A stretch of 64,000 nt of DNA from an uncultured delta proteobacterium (GCA_963699755.1 CAVOVB010000002.1:192001-256000), one strand, 5' to 3'; numbered from the stretch's first letter, positions 38,135-50,126 are shown. The notes: generated from the sequence alone by a model not told the origin. Made by a program: numbers and translations.

Positions 38135-39772
38135 ATGCAACCCGATCATGTAAGGATCTTCGACACAACGCTCCGAGACGGGGAGCAATCACCCGGCGCG
38201 ACGATGACTTCGTCGGAAAAGCTTGAGGTGGCGAAGACCCTATCGCGACTCGGCGTCGATGTGATTGAAGCGGGTTTCGCCGCCGCTTCTCCCGACGATT
38301 TGCGTGCGGTCAAGAACATCGCCGAGGCGGTGGGCGTGACGGGCGTCGAAGGTCGCCCTGCCCAGGAGCCACCGACGATCTGCAGCCTGGCGCGGGCCCA
38401 CAAACCCGACATCGACAAGGCGGCCGAAGCAGTGTCGCCGGCCAAGCACGGCCGGATCCACACCTTCCTCGCGACATCGCCGATCCATCGCGAGCACAAG
38501 CTTCGGATGAGCCGGGACCAGGTGCTTGCGAAGATCAGCGAGATGGTCGCGTACGCGCGTAGCTTCTGTGAGGACGTGGAGTTCAGCCCGGAAGATGCCG
38601 GACGGACGGAAATGGACTTTCTCTACGAAGCTTTGCAGGCAGCCATCGAGGCCGGCGCAAGCACCCTGAACATCCCGGACACGGTTGGTTACACGATCCC
38701 AGAGGAGTTTGGCGGGCGCATAGCAATGCTTCGGGAGAACGTACCGGGGATCGAGAACGCCGTGATCAGCGTCCATTGCCACAACGACCTTGGCTTGGCC
38801 GTGGCCAACAGCTTGTCCGCGGTGCAGCACGGCGCCCGGCAGGTCGAGGTTGCCATCAACGGAATCGGCGAACGGGCGGGCAATGCGTCGCTCGAAGAAG
38901 TGGTCATGGCGCTTCGCGTTCGGCGTGATCTCTACGGTATTGAAACCCAGGTCGACACCACGCAGCTCACTCGAGCAAGCCGCCTGGTCAGCAAGGTAAC
39001 CGGCATGTTGGTGCAGCCAAACAAGGCCATCGTGGGTGCAAATGCCTTTGCCCACGAGGCTGGCATTCATCAGGACGGCATGCTCAAGCACCAAGAAACG
39101 TACGAGATCATGCGTCCCGAGACCGTGGGTGCGGGAAAGACGCAGCTCGTCCTCGGCAAGCATTCAGGTCGGCATGCCTTTGCGAATCGCTTGGTCGAGC
39201 TCGGCTATCCGGTGTCTGCCGATGGGCTCGACAAGGCGTTCGCCCGCTTCAAGAAGCTCGCAGACAAGAAGAAGCTCATCACCGACGCCGATTTGCTGGC
39301 GCTCGTGAGCGATGAGCTCTACCAGCCGAAGGAGTTCTGGCGGCTCGAGAAGATCCAGGTGAGCTGCGGCACTGGAATGCCCACCGCGACGGTTCGGCTC
39401 ACGGGACCCGACGGACAGACCACGACCGCGGCGGAGGTCGGAACCGGCCCCGTCGATGCGGTGTACAAGGCTATCCAGTCGCTGGTGCACGTGCCTGCGA
39501 CCTTGCTCGAATATAACGTTCAATCCGTCACCGAGGGCATCGACGCGCTCGGCGAGGTGAGCGTACGCGTGACGCCGCATGAGGACGACGCACCAAACGA
39601 GAAGATCAACCCGCAATACGAACACAGCCGGACGCGGGTCTTCCACGGCCACGGCGCCCACACCGACGTCATCGTCGCAAGCGCGAAGGCGTATCTGGCG
39701 GCGATCAACCGCATCCTCGCGGTCCGAGAAGCGAAGCAAACCGATAGCAAGGCGGCCGGGAGCGCTGCGTAA
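38135..39772 (+). CDS. leuA: 2-isopropylmalate synthase
   Basis: [31 protein letters not shown], regulatory domain. Confidence 0.97.
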   Translation: MQPDHVRIFDTTLRDGEQSPGATMTSSEKLEVAKTLSRLGVDVIEAGFAAASPDDLRAVKNIAEAVGVTGVEGRPAQEPPTICSLARAHKPDIDKAAEAVSPAKHGRIHTFLATSPIHREHKLRMSRDQVLAKISEMVAYARSFCEDVEFSPEDAGRTEMDFLYEALQAAIEAGASTLNIPDTVGYTIPEEFGGRIAMLRENVPGIENAVISVHCHNDLGLAVANSLSAVQHGARQVEVAINGIGERAGNASLEEVVMALRVRRDLYGIETQVDTTQLTRASRLVSKVTGMLVQPNKAIVGANAFAHEAGIHQDGMLKHQETYEIMRPETVGAGKTQLVLGKHSGRHAFANRLVELGYPVSADGLDKAFARFKKLADKKKLITDADLLALVSDELYQPKEFWRLEKIQVSCGTGMPTATVRLTGPDGQTTTAAEVGTGPVDAVYKAIQSLVHVPATLLEYNVQSVTEGIDALGEVSVRVTPHEDDAPNEKINPQYEHSRTRVFHGHGAHTDVIVASAKAYLAAINRILAVREAKQTDSKAAGSAA

Positions 39773-39780
39773 CGAGCATC

Positions 39781-41208
39781 ATGGAACCAAGAACACTATT
39801 TCAGAAGGTTTGGGACGAGCACGTCGTCGTTCAAGAGCCGAACAGGCCGGCGGTCCTCTACATCGACCTGCAGTTGATTCACGAGGTGACATCACCGCAG
39901 GCATTCACTGGTCTGCGCGAGCGCGGCCTCAAGGTGAGGCGTCCGGACAAGACCATTGCGACGATGGACCACTCGACGCCGACACTGCCCAAAGCGCTCT
40001 GGGTGATCGATGACCAGGCGAAGGCACAGCTCGGGCAGCTGGAGACCAACTGCAGAGAATTCGGGATCGAGCTCTACGCCCTGGGCGACAGCCGGAACGG
40101 GATTGTGCACGTCATTGGACCGGAGCGGGGCTTTACCCAGCCTGGCAAGACGATCGTCTGTGGCGACAGCCATACCTCGACACACGGAGCGTTCGGCGCA
40201 CTGGCGTTCGGCATCGGCACCAGCGAGGTCGAGCATGTTCTTGCGACACAGTGCCTCTTGCAGCGCAAGCCCAAGACCCTCGAAGTTCGGGTGGATGGCC
40301 AGCTGATGCCGGGCGTCACAGCGAAAGACATCATCCTAGCGCTCTGCGCGAAGATCGGGACGGACGGCGGCACCGGATACGTGATCGAGTTCACCGGCTC
40401 GGCCATCCGCGCGCTCGACATGGAAGGCCGAATGACGGTCTGTAACATGAGCATCGAGGCAGGCGCCCGCGCTGGCATGATCGCCCCCGACGAAACGACC
40501 TTCGACTATCTCAAGGGGCGGGACCGGGTGCCTCAGGGAGCCGACTGGGAGGCAGCTGTAGAGCGCTGGAGTCAGCTTCGCACCGATGACGGTGCTATCT
40601 TCGATAAGACGGTCGTCCTCGACGCGAACAAGCTCGAGCCGATGATCACCTACGGCACGAACCCGGGCATGGGCATGCAAATCAACGAGCCCGTGCCGAC
40701 CGCGGACGCGTTCGACGATGCCTCGCAGCGGGCGGCGTTTGAGAAGGCCCTGGGTTACATGGACCTCCCGCCAGGAGAGCCGCTGCTCGGCAAGAAGATC
40801 GACGTGGTGTTCATCGGTTCGTGCACGAACTCGCGAATCGGCGACCTGCGCATGGCCGCTGGCGTGTTCAGCGGTCGCAAGGTCGCGAACGGTGTGCGAA
40901 CGCTCGTCGTTCCCGGCTCGCACGACATCAAAAAGCAAGCCGAAGCTGAGGGTCTCGACCAGATCTTCAAGGAAGCGGGCGCCGAATGGCGCGAGCCAGG
41001 CTGCTCGATGTGCATTGCGATGAACGGTGACAATTTGGAACCGGGACAGTACGCGGTCAGCACTTCGAACCGCAACTTCGAAGGCCGACAAGGCAAGGGC
41101 GGTCGAACCTTCCTCGCGTCTCCTCTGACCGCAGCCGCGGCCGCCGTCACCGGTGAGGTCACAGACCCACGGAGCTTGCTCCTTTCTGGAAAGGCTGAGT
41201 CATGGTGA
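39781..41208 (+). CDS. leuC: 3-isopropylmalate dehydratase large subunit
   Basis: [42 protein letters not shown]. Confidence 0.98.
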   Translation: MEPRTLFQKVWDEHVVVQEPNRPAVLYIDLQLIHEVTSPQAFTGLRERGLKVRRPDKTIATMDHSTPTLPKALWVIDDQAKAQLGQLETNCREFGIELYALGDSRNGIVHVIGPERGFTQPGKTIVCGDSHTSTHGAFGALAFGIGTSEVEHVLATQCLLQRKPKTLEVRVDGQLMPGVTAKDIILALCAKIGTDGGTGYVIEFTGSAIRALDMEGRMTVCNMSIEAGARAGMIAPDETTFDYLKGRDRVPQGADWEAAVERWSQLRTDDGAIFDKTVVLDANKLEPMITYGTNPGMGMQINEPVPTADAFDDASQRAAFEKALGYMDLPPGEPLLGKKIDVVFIGSCTNSRIGDLRMAAGVFSGRKVANGVRTLVVPGSHDIKKQAEAEGLDQIFKEAGAEWREPGCSMCIAMNGDNLEPGQYAVSTSNRNFEGRQGKGGRTFLASPLTAAAAAVTGEVTDPRSLLLSGKAESW

Positions 41209-41789
41209 AATTCACCACATTGACCTCGCACGCGGTTCCTCTCCCCGAAGAGAACGTCGACACCGACCAGATCATCCCCGCTCGCTTTCTGAAGGTCACC
41301 GACAAGAACGGTCTAGGGGCCAGCCTCTTTTGCGACTGGCGCTACTTGAAGGACGGCTCGGACAACCCGGACTTTGTGCTCAACGAGCCGGCTTCGCAGG
41401 GCGCGCAAATTTTGATCGCCGGTAACAACTTCGGCAGTGGCTCTTCGCGCGAGCATGCGCCCTGGGCACTGGTCGGCTGGGGCTTCCGCGCGATCATATC
41501 CACGCGGTTTGCGGACATCTTCAAGAGCAACTCGCTAAAGAATGGTCTGCTCCCGGTCGAAGTGAGCCCCGAGGTTCACAAGGCGCTCATGGCGGCGGTT
41601 CAGCGCGACCGTTCGACGAAAATCACGATCGACCTTCCGACGCAGTCGGTAACCGGGCCCGACGGCCTAGAATCCACGTTCCCAATCGACGAGTTCTCCA
41701 AGCATTGCCTCCTCGAGGGCATCGATCAGCTTGGATATCTTCTTTCGTTCGACGACCAGATCACGAGCTATGAGCAACGACGGACGTAG
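41202..41789 (+). CDS. leuD: 3-isopropylmalate dehydratase small subunit
   Basis: [28 protein letters not shown]. Confidence 0.97.
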   Translation: MVKFTTLTSHAVPLPEENVDTDQIIPARFLKVTDKNGLGASLFCDWRYLKDGSDNPDFVLNEPASQGAQILIAGNNFGSGSSREHAPWALVGWGFRAIISTRFADIFKSNSLKNGLLPVEVSPEVHKALMAAVQRDRSTKITIDLPTQSVTGPDGLESTFPIDEFSKHCLLEGIDQLGYLLSFDDQITSYEQRRT

Positions 41790-43398
41790 GAGCGCAGGCC
41801 CAGTCGTGGAGGTCTACGATACCACTCTGCGGGATGGCACGCAGATGGAGGGCATGAGCCTGTCCTGCGACGACAAGGTGCGGATCGCGGAGCACTTGGA
41901 TTCACTCGGGGTTGCCTTCATCGAAGGCGGCTGGCCGGGCTCGAATCCAAAAGACGTCGAGTTCTTCGAGCGAGCCAAAGATGTCGCCTGGAAGCACGTG
42001 ACGATTGCTGCGTTTGGATCGACATGTCGGGCGCAGCTGCGGGCAGAGGACGACCCACAACTTCAGACCCTGATCGCCGCGCAGACGCCGGTCTGCACGA
42101 TCTTTGGGAAGACATGGAAGATGCACGTCACCGATGTGCTGCGGACCAGCCTCGAAGAGAACCTTCGCATGATCGAGGAGAGCGTGGCCTTTCTCGCGCA
42201 GAACGGGCGTCGAGTCGTCTACGACGCAGAACACTTCTTCGACGGCCACAAAGCCGACCCCGGATACGCGATCGAAACACTCCACGCGGCTGCACGCGGC
42301 GGCGCCGAAACACTGGTCCTCTGCGACACCAACGGCGGCTCGATGCCTTGGGAAGTCGAAGGAATGATCAAGGCCGTGCAGGAGGCTCTGCCTGAAGCTC
42401 GGCTCGGCATTCACGCGCACAACGATGGCGAGTGCGGCGTCGCCAATTCCGTTGCGGCCATTCGTGCAGGCGCCCGTCAGGTTCAGGGGACCATCAACGG
42501 CTATGGCGAGCGCTGCGGCAACGCCAACCTATGCTCGATCGTCCCAAATCTAGAGCTCAAGCTAGGCCTTCGGTGTCTGCCCGATGGCGGCCTCCAACAG
42601 CTTTACGACCTCTCACACTTCGTCGCGGAGATCGCCAACCTGAGTCCGAACGATCACGCAGCGTACGTTGGTCGGAGCGCCTTCGCTCACAAGGGCGGGG
42701 TCCACGTCTCGGCCATCAGACGTCATCCGGAATCCTACGAGCACGTCAATCCAACTCTCGTAGGCAACGAGTCGAGGGTCGTCGTGAGCGAGCTCTCTGG
42801 TCGCAGCAACGTCCTCAGCAAAGCCGAAGAGCTAGGGCTCGAAGTCAGCTCGGCCAGCGGCGGACGTGTGCTCGAGAAGATCAAGGAGCTCGAATCCAAG
42901 GGCTTTGCGTATGAGGCTGCTGAAGCCTCGGTCGCATTGCTGATGGCACGCCATCAAGAGGACTACGAAGCGCCCTTCGAGGTGCTCGATTTCCAAGCCG
43001 GTGTCGGGCGGCGTCGCGGCGGCGGCATGTTCGCGGAAGCGACGGTGAAGGTTCAGATCGGCGATGAGATCGTTCACACCGCGGGCGAAGGCAATGGCCC
43101 CGTGAGCGCTCTCGACTCCGCTCTCCGCAAGGCCTTGCGACCGTTCTTCCCCGAGGTCGCGGACATGCACCTCACTGACTACAAGGTCCGCATCCTCGAC
43201 GGTCGAAGCGGCACTGGCGCGACCACTAGAGTCCTCATCGACAGCCAGTCGTCCTATGACAGCTGGAGCACCGTCGGTGCCTCGAGCAACATCATCGAGG
43301 CATCGCTCCAGGCATTGGTCGACAGCATCGAGTACGGGCTGTCATTGGAACGCAAGAGGATCCAAAGGCAACCGGAAGCAACCGCTGCAAGGACTTAG
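41770..43398 (+). CDS. cimA: Citramalate synthase
   Basis: DTTLRDGTQ, EGGWPGSNPKD, YDAEHFFDG, SAFAHKGGVH, DYKVRIL. Confidence 0.93.
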   Translation: MSNDGRRSAGPVVEVYDTTLRDGTQMEGMSLSCDDKVRIAEHLDSLGVAFIEGGWPGSNPKDVEFFERAKDVAWKHVTIAAFGSTCRAQLRAEDDPQLQTLIAAQTPVCTIFGKTWKMHVTDVLRTSLEENLRMIEESVAFLAQNGRRVVYDAEHFFDGHKADPGYAIETLHAAARGGAETLVLCDTNGGSMPWEVEGMIKAVQEALPEARLGIHAHNDGECGVANSVAAIRAGARQVQGTINGYGERCGNANLCSIVPNLELKLGLRCLPDGGLQQLYDLSHFVAEIANLSPNDHAAYVGRSAFAHKGGVHVSAIRRHPESYEHVNPTLVGNESRVVVSELSGRSNVLSKAEELGLEVSSASGGRVLEKIKELESKGFAYEAAEASVALLMARHQEDYEAPFEVLDFQAGVGRRRGGGMFAEATVKVQIGDEIVHTAGEGNGPVSALDSALRKALRPFFPEVADMHLTDYKVRILDGRSGTGATTRVLIDSQSSYDSWSTVGASSNIIEASLQALVDSIEYGLSLERKRIQRQPEATAART

Positions 43399-43454
43399 CC
43401 ATTGCCCTAGGGACGCGCGCCGGGCATCATGGCCGGCCGCACAGGTAACAGGAC

Positions 43455-44531
43455 ATGAAAGCCAAGATCACACTGCTCCCCGGCGACGGCATCGGCCCCG
43501 AAATCGTGGACGCGACCCGACAAGTGCTCGAAGCCGTCGCGAGCAAATGGGGCCACACGTTCACGTATTCGACGCACTTGATCGGCGGCATCGCCATCGA
43601 CGAAACCGGAGTGCCGCTGCCGGACGACACCATCGTGGGCTGCCGAAGCGCGGACGCCGTATTGCTCGGAGCCGTCGGAGGTCCGAAGTGGGACGATCCC
43701 ACCGCCATAGTTCGACCCGAGCAAGGCCTTCTAGGAATGCGAAAAGCGCTGAAGCTGTTCGCGAACGTCCGCCCTGTGAAGCTCTTCCGCGGCCTCGAAG
43801 CGGCCTCCCCTCTCAAGGCAGAGCGGCTACGTGGTGTCGACCTTGTGTTTATTCGGGAGCTGACCGGCGGCATCTACTTCGGTCAGCCAAAGGGCAAGGA
43901 GACCAGGAACGGTCTCCGTACCGGCTTCGACACCATGGTCTACGACGAAAGCGAGATCCGCCGCATCGTGGAGCTAGCCTTCGAAGTTGCCCGGAAGCGT
44001 CGCGGCCACGTGACCTCCATCGACAAGGCGAACGTGCTCGCCACCATGCAGGTTTGGCGCGAAGTTGCGACCGAAGTGGGCAAAGAGAACCCCGACATCC
44101 GCCTCGACCACCAACTCGTCGACTCGGCGGCGATGCGACTGGTCACGGACCCTTCTTCGTTCGACGTCATCGTGAGCGGCAACATGTTCGGTGACATTCT
44201 CTCTGATGAGGGAGCCGTGTTGACCGGCTCGCTCGGGCTGCTGCCGAGCGCATCGCTCGGTGAGGGAACACTGGGGGTGTATGAACCAATCCACGGCTCC
44301 GCGCCGGACATCGCGGGCAAGGGGATCGCGAACCCGTTGGGTACGATCTTGAGCGCTGCGATGCTGCTTCGCCATAGCCTCAACCTCGATGAAGAGGCGA
44401 GAGCAATTGAAGACGCCGTCCAGAAGGTCCTCGACAGCGGCCTGAGAACCGCGGATTTGAGCGGCGGACAACGTTCGCTCGGGACGACCGCGATGGCGGG
44501 CGCCGTTGTAGCCGCCATCGAAGGCGCCTAA
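43455..44531 (+). CDS. leuB: 3-isopropylmalate dehydrogenase
   Basis: GDGIGPE, RELTGGIYFG, NMFGDILSD, EPIHGSAPDIAG. Confidence 0.98.
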   Translation: MKAKITLLPGDGIGPEIVDATRQVLEAVASKWGHTFTYSTHLIGGIAIDETGVPLPDDTIVGCRSADAVLLGAVGGPKWDDPTAIVRPEQGLLGMRKALKLFANVRPVKLFRGLEAASPLKAERLRGVDLVFIRELTGGIYFGQPKGKETRNGLRTGFDTMVYDESEIRRIVELAFEVARKRRGHVTSIDKANVLATMQVWREVATEVGKENPDIRLDHQLVDSAAMRLVTDPSSFDVIVSGNMFGDILSDEGAVLTGSLGLLPSASLGEGTLGVYEPIHGSAPDIAGKGIANPLGTILSAAMLLRHSLNLDEEARAIEDAVQKVLDSGLRTADLSGGQRSLGTTAMAGAVVAAIEGA

Positions 44532-44544
44532 CGAAAGGAACGCC

Positions 44545-46278
44545 ATGCCCCGAAAACGCGTGAGTCGCCTGTTCGACCTCAAGGAAGATGAGCACGGTCG
44601 TCAGTACATGGAAGTGTACCTCGATGGTATCGCGCTCCTGCGCTTGGTATTGAGCAACAAGGGTACTGCCTTCAGCTACGAAGAGCGCGTGGCGCTTCGA
44701 CTCGATGGCCTTCTTCCCCCCCAGTACAACACGCTCGCGCAGCAAATCGAGCGAGTCTACGAGGGCTTCGTCCAGGCCGCGACCGATATCGACAAATACC
44801 AGTACCTGCGTGCGGTCCAGGAGCGGCAGGAGATTCTCTTTTACGCGCTGCTCGAGAAGCATCTCGATGAAATGCTGCCCATCGTTTACACACCAACGGT
44901 TGGGGCCGCAGTGCAGCAGTTCAGCGCGCTTTACCAGAACCCGCGGGGTCTTTCCTATTCACCGCTCAACATCGATCGCGCCGAGCAAACGCTCGACTGT
45001 TACCCGATGGAAGACGTTCGCATGATCGTCGCAACGGACTCGTCCGCGATCCTCGGGATCGGCGACCAAGGCTATGGCGGTCTCGCGATTCCCATTGGAA
45101 AGATGGCGCTCTATACCGTCGGCGGTGGCGTGAGCCCATTCCACACGATGCCTGTGGCGCTCGACGTGGGCACCGATCGCATGGACCTGATCAACGACCC
45201 CGATTACCTGGGTGTCCGTCAGAAGCGTCTCCGTGGGGAGGACTACTACAAATTCCTCGACAAGTTCGTGGACGCGGTCTGGTCGCGTTGGCCCGACGCG
45301 GTGATCCAGTGGGAGGATCTTTCCAAGAGCTCCGCTTTCACGGTGCTCGAGCGATACCGGGACCGCGGACCTTCATTCAACGATGACATTCAGGGGACGG
45401 GAGCGGTCGCGCTCGCCGGCATCCTCGCGGCATGCCACCTCCGCAACGAAAGCCTGAAGGACGAAGTCTTCGTCATTCACGGCGCGGGTGCGGGTGGGGT
45501 CGGCGTGGCCTGGGCCATCCGGGAAGGCTTGGTTCGAGCCGGGCTGAGCCGTGCGGAAGCCAAATCGCGGGTCTTCGTGCTCGACTCCCAGGGACTTCTG
45601 CTCACCGACCGCGACATCGACGAGTACAAACGCGGATTCGCCCACGATCGAACGATCATCCGAGATTGGAAGTTCGAAGGTGACACGCCCGACCTGGTCG
45701 AGACGATTCGCAACGCGGGGGCGACGGTGCTCTTGGGCCTCTCCGGGAGACCGGACGCTTTCAACGAGGAAATCGTCCACGCCATGGCGGACAACCACAA
45801 GTGGCCGATCATCTTCCCGCTCTCGAACCCCACGAGCTCAGCAGAAGCCAAACCGATCGACATCTACCGCTGGACCAAGGGTCAGGCGATCGTGGCCACG
45901 GGCAGCCCCTTCGATCCGGTCATGATGGGCGGCGTCACTCACCCGATCGGCCAGGGCAACAACGCCTTCATCTTTCCGGGCCTAGGCTTCGGGGCGATCT
46001 TGGTCAACGCGAAGGCGATCACGGACGGCATGGTCTTGGAAGCTTCCCAAGCCCTTGCGAACTACACGATCGAGAAATACGTCGAAGGCGGTCTCATCTA
46101 CCCACCTGTCAGTGACCTCCAAGAAACCTCGGTTCGAGTCGCCGCCGCCGTGGTCAAACAGGCCATTGCCGACGGCGTAGCTTGCCGAAAGAACATTCCA
46201 GAAGACATCGAAGCATTCGTCCGAGAACGCTTCTGGCACCCAAGCTATCTGCCCTTCGTCCGGGGTCACTTAGACTAG
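44545..46278 (+). CDS. maeA: NAD-dependent malic enzyme
   Basis: NKGTAF, PIVYTPTVG, ILGIGDQG, FNDDIQGT, GAGAGG, LSNPT, GQGNN. Confidence 0.93.
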   Translation: MPRKRVSRLFDLKEDEHGRQYMEVYLDGIALLRLVLSNKGTAFSYEERVALRLDGLLPPQYNTLAQQIERVYEGFVQAATDIDKYQYLRAVQERQEILFYALLEKHLDEMLPIVYTPTVGAAVQQFSALYQNPRGLSYSPLNIDRAEQTLDCYPMEDVRMIVATDSSAILGIGDQGYGGLAIPIGKMALYTVGGGVSPFHTMPVALDVGTDRMDLINDPDYLGVRQKRLRGEDYYKFLDKFVDAVWSRWPDAVIQWEDLSKSSAFTVLERYRDRGPSFNDDIQGTGAVALAGILAACHLRNESLKDEVFVIHGAGAGGVGVAWAIREGLVRAGLSRAEAKSRVFVLDSQGLLLTDRDIDEYKRGFAHDRTIIRDWKFEGDTPDLVETIRNAGATVLLGLSGRPDAFNEEIVHAMADNHKWPIIFPLSNPTSSAEAKPIDIYRWTKGQAIVATGSPFDPVMMGGVTHPIGQGNNAFIFPGLGFGAILVNAKAITDGMVLEASQALANYTIEKYVEGGLIYPPVSDLQETSVRVAAAVVKQAIADGVACRKNIPEDIEAFVRERFWHPSYLPFVRGHLD

Positions 46279-46295
46279 GGACACGAGGAGATTTC

Positions 46296-46928
46296 ATGGA
46301 GATCGCCGTTGCGCTCTTTGAGCAGGTGACCGCATTGGATGCGATTGGACCCTACGAGGTTCTGCAACGACTTCCGGGTGCGCGGGTTCGTTTCGTTGGG
46401 CATCGCAAGGGCGAGATCCGAACGGACAACGGTTTTTTGGGGCTAATGGTCGACTTCCCTTTCCACGAGGTCGGCCAACCGGACATCGTCGTCATTCCAG
46501 GTGGGGTTGGGACTCGAGGCCTTGTGCACGATGATGTGATCCTCGACTGGATCCGTGGCGCTCACCAGACAAGTCTTTTCACGACGTCTGTCTGCACGGG
46601 CTCGCTGCTCCTAGCGGCGGCAGGTCTGCTGACAGGACATAAGGCGACGACTCACTTCTCTGCGCGACCGCTGCTTCTCAAGTACGGCGTGATTCCTTCC
46701 GACGAACGCGTGGTTCAGGAAGGAAAGATCATCACTGCGGCCGGAGTATCGAGCGGGATCGACATGGCACTGCGCCTCGCCGAGCAAGTCACGGACGCCA
46801 CGACCGCAAAAGCCCTGCAGCTCATGATCGAGTACGACCCGCGGCCGCCACACGATGCGGGCGCGCTGGAAAAGGTAGACGCCGAAGTTCTCGCCCGGGT
46901 CCAAGAGCTAGCGAATCTCGAGAGCTGA
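46296..46928 (+). CDS. DJ-1/PfpI family protein (isonitrile hydratase-like)
   Basis: LDAIGPYEVL, SVCTGS, ATTH, AAGVSSGID, IEYDP. GAGGAG SD. Confidence 0.9.
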   Translation: MEIAVALFEQVTALDAIGPYEVLQRLPGARVRFVGHRKGEIRTDNGFLGLMVDFPFHEVGQPDIVVIPGGVGTRGLVHDDVILDWIRGAHQTSLFTTSVCTGSLLLAAAGLLTGHKATTHFSARPLLLKYGVIPSDERVVQEGKIITAAGVSSGIDMALRLAEQVTDATTAKALQLMIEYDPRPPHDAGALEKVDAEVLARVQELANLES

Positions 46929-46993
46929 ACCTGTCATCGAAAAAGGCAGAGCGCGGCGCGGTCCGCCCCACCGCCGTCCACACGAACGCCTAC

Positions 46994-47746
46994 CTAAGAG
47001 AGCGCGCCGCCGTCGGCTCGGATTTCGGTGCCGTTGATGTAGCGGGCATCGTCGGACGCCAGGAAGGCGATGACAGATGCTGCGTGTTTGGGTTTGGCGA
47101 AGCCGACGAAGGGCATGGCACCTTTGAGGAGCTCCATGTCGGCGCCTTCAGGTGCCTTGAAGTCGCCGTGCAGGGACGTCGCGATGCCGCCAGGGATGAC
47201 GCAGTTTGCACGAAGGCCCTGCTTCACATACTCCTGGTAGAGGGCGCGAGTCATCGAGAGGATGCCGCCCTTGGAAGCTGCGTAGGCGCTCATCCAGGGG
47301 TGACTCCCTAGCGCGGAAGTCGAGGAGCAGTTCACCAACGCACTGAAACGATTCTTGAGCAGGTGTGGTAGTGCCGCCTGATTCACGTAGAATGTGCCGT
47401 TCAGATTGATGTCGATGATCTCGTGCCACTGCTCGAAGGTCATCTCATGCGTGTGGTACGTGCGCAGGATGCCGGCGCAGTGACAGAGGGTGTCGAAGCC
47501 GCCCATGTCTTCGGCCGCTTGGTCGATCACCGCTTTGACGCGTGCGCCATCGGCGACATTGCACTCGTAGACCCAGGGCTTGACCCCTTGGGACTCGACC
47601 ATTTGCTTGGTGACGGCGAGCCCTTGTGCATCGATGTCGATGAGAGCGACGTTGCCGCCCTCCTCAGCGATGCGTAGAGCCGTTGCCTGTCCGATGCCTG
47701 CAGCCGCGCCGGTGATGACGACGTTCTTTCCTTCAAACCTTTTCAT
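46994..47746 (-). CDS. Short-chain dehydrogenase/reductase
   Basis: TGAAAGIG, YAASK, NGTEIRADGG. Confidence 0.93.
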   Translation of the reverse strand: MKRFEGKNVVITGAAAGIGQATALRIAEEGGNVALIDIDAQGLAVTKQMVESQGVKPWVYECNVADGARVKAVIDQAAEDMGGFDTLCHCAGILRTYHTHEMTFEQWHEIIDINLNGTFYVNQAALPHLLKNRFSALVNCSSTSALGSHPWMSAYAASKGGILSMTRALYQEYVKQGLRANCVIPGGIATSLHGDFKAPEGADMELLKGAMPFVGFAKPKHAASVIAFLASDDARYINGTEIRADGGALS

Positions 47747-47774
47747 GGTACTTCTCGCTCTTCCTGGTTGGTCG

Positions 47775-48920
47775 CTAGTAACCGTGAAGCTCCGCCCAGC
47801 GCTGCCGATGCTGGGAAGGCTTTCCGAAAGTCATATAGGTTGCTTGTGCGCGCTTCATGTAGAAACCGATGTCATGGTCGTCGGTGACGCCGATACCACC
47901 ATGCATCTGAATGGCTTCCTTTGCGGCGTGCATGAAGGTTTCCGACGCTATGGACTTTGCCAGGGCCGCTAGGCGCGGTATCTCGTTCGGCGCCTCGTCG
48001 ATCGCGCGTGCGGCCGCCAGAACCACAGAACGGGTCAGCGTGATTTCCGTGTACACCGACACGGCGCGGTGCTGAAGCGCCTGGAACGAGCCGATCGGCA
48101 CCCCGAACTGCTCGCGCTCCTTGATGTACTCGATCGTGTCAGCGAAGGCCTGCTCCGATGCACCCAGCATCTGGGCTGCCAAGCCAACCGAAGCGCGATC
48201 GAGAATGGACTGCAGTAGCGCCCCGCCCGCGTCGATCTCGCCGACCACAGCCTCATTCGTCACCGAGATCGCATCGAGGCGGACGATAGCTGCGTTCAGC
48301 CCGTCGATTCGCGTCTGCCGCGTGATCGCGATCCCAGACTGCGCTGGGTCGACCAAGAACAGCGTCAACCCCTCTTGTGAAGTCGCAGCCGACACGATGA
48401 TCCGATCGGCGAGGTGGCCATCGAGAACCTGTAGCTTTTCACCACTGAGCTCGAAGCCTTCAGTAGTCTTCTTCGCCAGCGTCGCAACGTTCGTAGCGTC
48501 TCCGCGATTGCCAGCCTCCTCGTAGCCGAGTGCCAGCACCGTTTCTCCGGCGGCGACTCCGGGCAGCAAGGCCCTCTTCTGCGCATCAGAGCCGCCGAGA
48601 AGGAGCGCCTGGGTGCCGAGCAACAAGGTCGAGACGAAGGGTTCGGGCATGAGCTCCCTCCCGCTTTGCTCGAGCACCACGGCGAGGTCGAAGAAGCCGA
48701 GCCCCAAGCCGTCGTACTCCTCGGGGATCTGCAGACCGAGCCAGCCAAGCTCCGCCATGTCGCTCCAGAGGTCGCGAGAGAAGCCGACCTCGTCTTTCGA
48801 ATCGCGAAAGGTTCGAATGCGAGCCGCCGGCGCCCGCTCACGGATGAGCTCGTAGGCGGTCTTCGATAGCATCTTCTGCTCGTCGCTCAGGAGAAGGGAA
48901 GGCGCCCTATCCTCGGTCAT
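47775..48920 (-). CDS. Acyl-CoA dehydrogenase, beta-type subunit of a heteromeric pair
   Basis: REQFGVPIGSFQALQH, QMHGGIG. Lacks the SEP/EGG catalytic motifs of its partner. Confidence 0.85.
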   Translation of the reverse strand: MTEDRAPSLLLSDEQKMLSKTAYELIRERAPAARIRTFRDSKDEVGFSRDLWSDMAELGWLGLQIPEEYDGLGLGFFDLAVVLEQSGRELMPEPFVSTLLLGTQALLLGGSDAQKRALLPGVAAGETVLALGYEEAGNRGDATNVATLAKKTTEGFELSGEKLQVLDGHLADRIIVSAATSQEGLTLFLVDPAQSGIAITRQTRIDGLNAAIVRLDAISVTNEAVVGEIDAGGALLQSILDRASVGLAAQMLGASEQAFADTIEYIKEREQFGVPIGSFQALQHRAVSVYTEITLTRSVVLAAARAIDEAPNEIPRLAALAKSIASETFMHAAKEAIQMHGGIGVTDDHDIGFYMKRAQATYMTFGKPSQHRQRWAELHGY

Positions 48921-50122
48921 TTCTTCCCCTCCGGCAGGCCGAGCACCCGCTTCGAGACGATATTCTTCTGAATCTCGGATGAGCCGCCTTCGATGGTGCT
49001 CGCGCGTGACCGCAACCAGTCGCGGGTGTACTGGAGATCATCCTCTTCGAAGCCCGGCCCTTCCCAGCCGAGGCCCTGTATGCCGGCAACCTGCATGCCA
49101 AGCTCGAATCGCTTTTGCTTCAGCTCCGTGCCGACGATCTTGGTGATCGAGCCCTCGGGCCCGGGCGTCCCAGATTCTGCACTCTGCTGAATGCGAGCGA
49201 GCGTGAGGTGGAACGCCTCTTCGCGCATCCCCAGGGACGCCAGCTCGTCTCTCAGGAGCGGATCGGGGATCGCGCCTTCGGGTACCGCCAGGTGTTTTCG
49301 CGCCCGGGAAACGATCTCACGCTGCGCCGAACCTGGCTGACGGGCGATGGAGCGACCGATGGAGGAGCGCTCATGTCCGAGGATGGCTTTCGCAATCGTC
49401 CAGCCTTCGTTCTCAATGCCCACGAGATTGCCGACGGGCACCCGGACGTCATCGAAAAACGTTTCGCAGAATGGCGAGTAGCCACTGATGAGATCGATGC
49501 GGCGAATCGTGATCCCGGGCGTATTCAAATCCACCAGAATCACCGAAATGCCCATTTGCTTCTTCGGTGCATTCGGATCGGTTCGCGCGAGGCAGTAAAT
49601 CCAGTCGCTCAAGTCCGCGTGCGAGGTCCAGATCTTCTGGCCGTTGAGAACGAACTCGTCCCCATCGCGCGCAGCCTTGAGCTGAAGGTTCGCGAGGTCG
49701 GACCCTGCGTTGGGCTCAGAGTAGCCCTGACACCAGCGGACCTCGCCGCGTGCAATACCTGGCAGGTGCTGCGCCCGTTGCGCGTCGTTGCCGTACTCGA
49801 GCAACACGGGACCAAACATCGCCAGGCCCTGCCCCGCGACGGGACGAGGTACGCCAATCGCCTTCATCTCGGCATGGATGATCTGCTCCTGCTCGCAATT
49901 GAGGCCTCCACCGCCGTACTCCCTGGGCCACGCTGGCGCGGTCCAGCCTTTTTCGACGCCGAGATCGCGCCAGCGCAAGACGTCCGGATCCGTTTCCTCG
50001 CATTTCGAGCCGCCCCAGTACCCTTCGAATGGGCCGCTCCCGCTAGTCCTCCAAAGCGACTTCGGCGCGTTCTCACGAACCCAGGCGCGTGCCTCCGCGC
50101 GAAATGCCTCCGAGTCAGTCAC
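48917..50122 (-). CDS. Acyl-CoA dehydrogenase, alpha-type subunit
   Basis: WCQGYSEPNAGSDLA, GQKIWTS, TIEGGSSEIQKN. Confidence 0.92.
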   Translation of the reverse strand: MTDSEAFRAEARAWVRENAPKSLWRTSGSGPFEGYWGGSKCEETDPDVLRWRDLGVEKGWTAPAWPREYGGGGLNCEQEQIIHAEMKAIGVPRPVAGQGLAMFGPVLLEYGNDAQRAQHLPGIARGEVRWCQGYSEPNAGSDLANLQLKAARDGDEFVLNGQKIWTSHADLSDWIYCLARTDPNAPKKQMGISVILVDLNTPGITIRRIDLISGYSPFCETFFDDVRVPVGNLVGIENEGWTIAKAILGHERSSIGRSIARQPGSAQREIVSRARKHLAVPEGAIPDPLLRDELASLGMREEAFHLTLARIQQSAESGTPGPEGSITKIVGTELKQKRFELGMQVAGIQGLGWEGPGFEEDDLQYTRDWLRSRASTIEGGSSEIQKNIVSKRVLGLPEGKK

Positions 50123-50126
50123 GCGA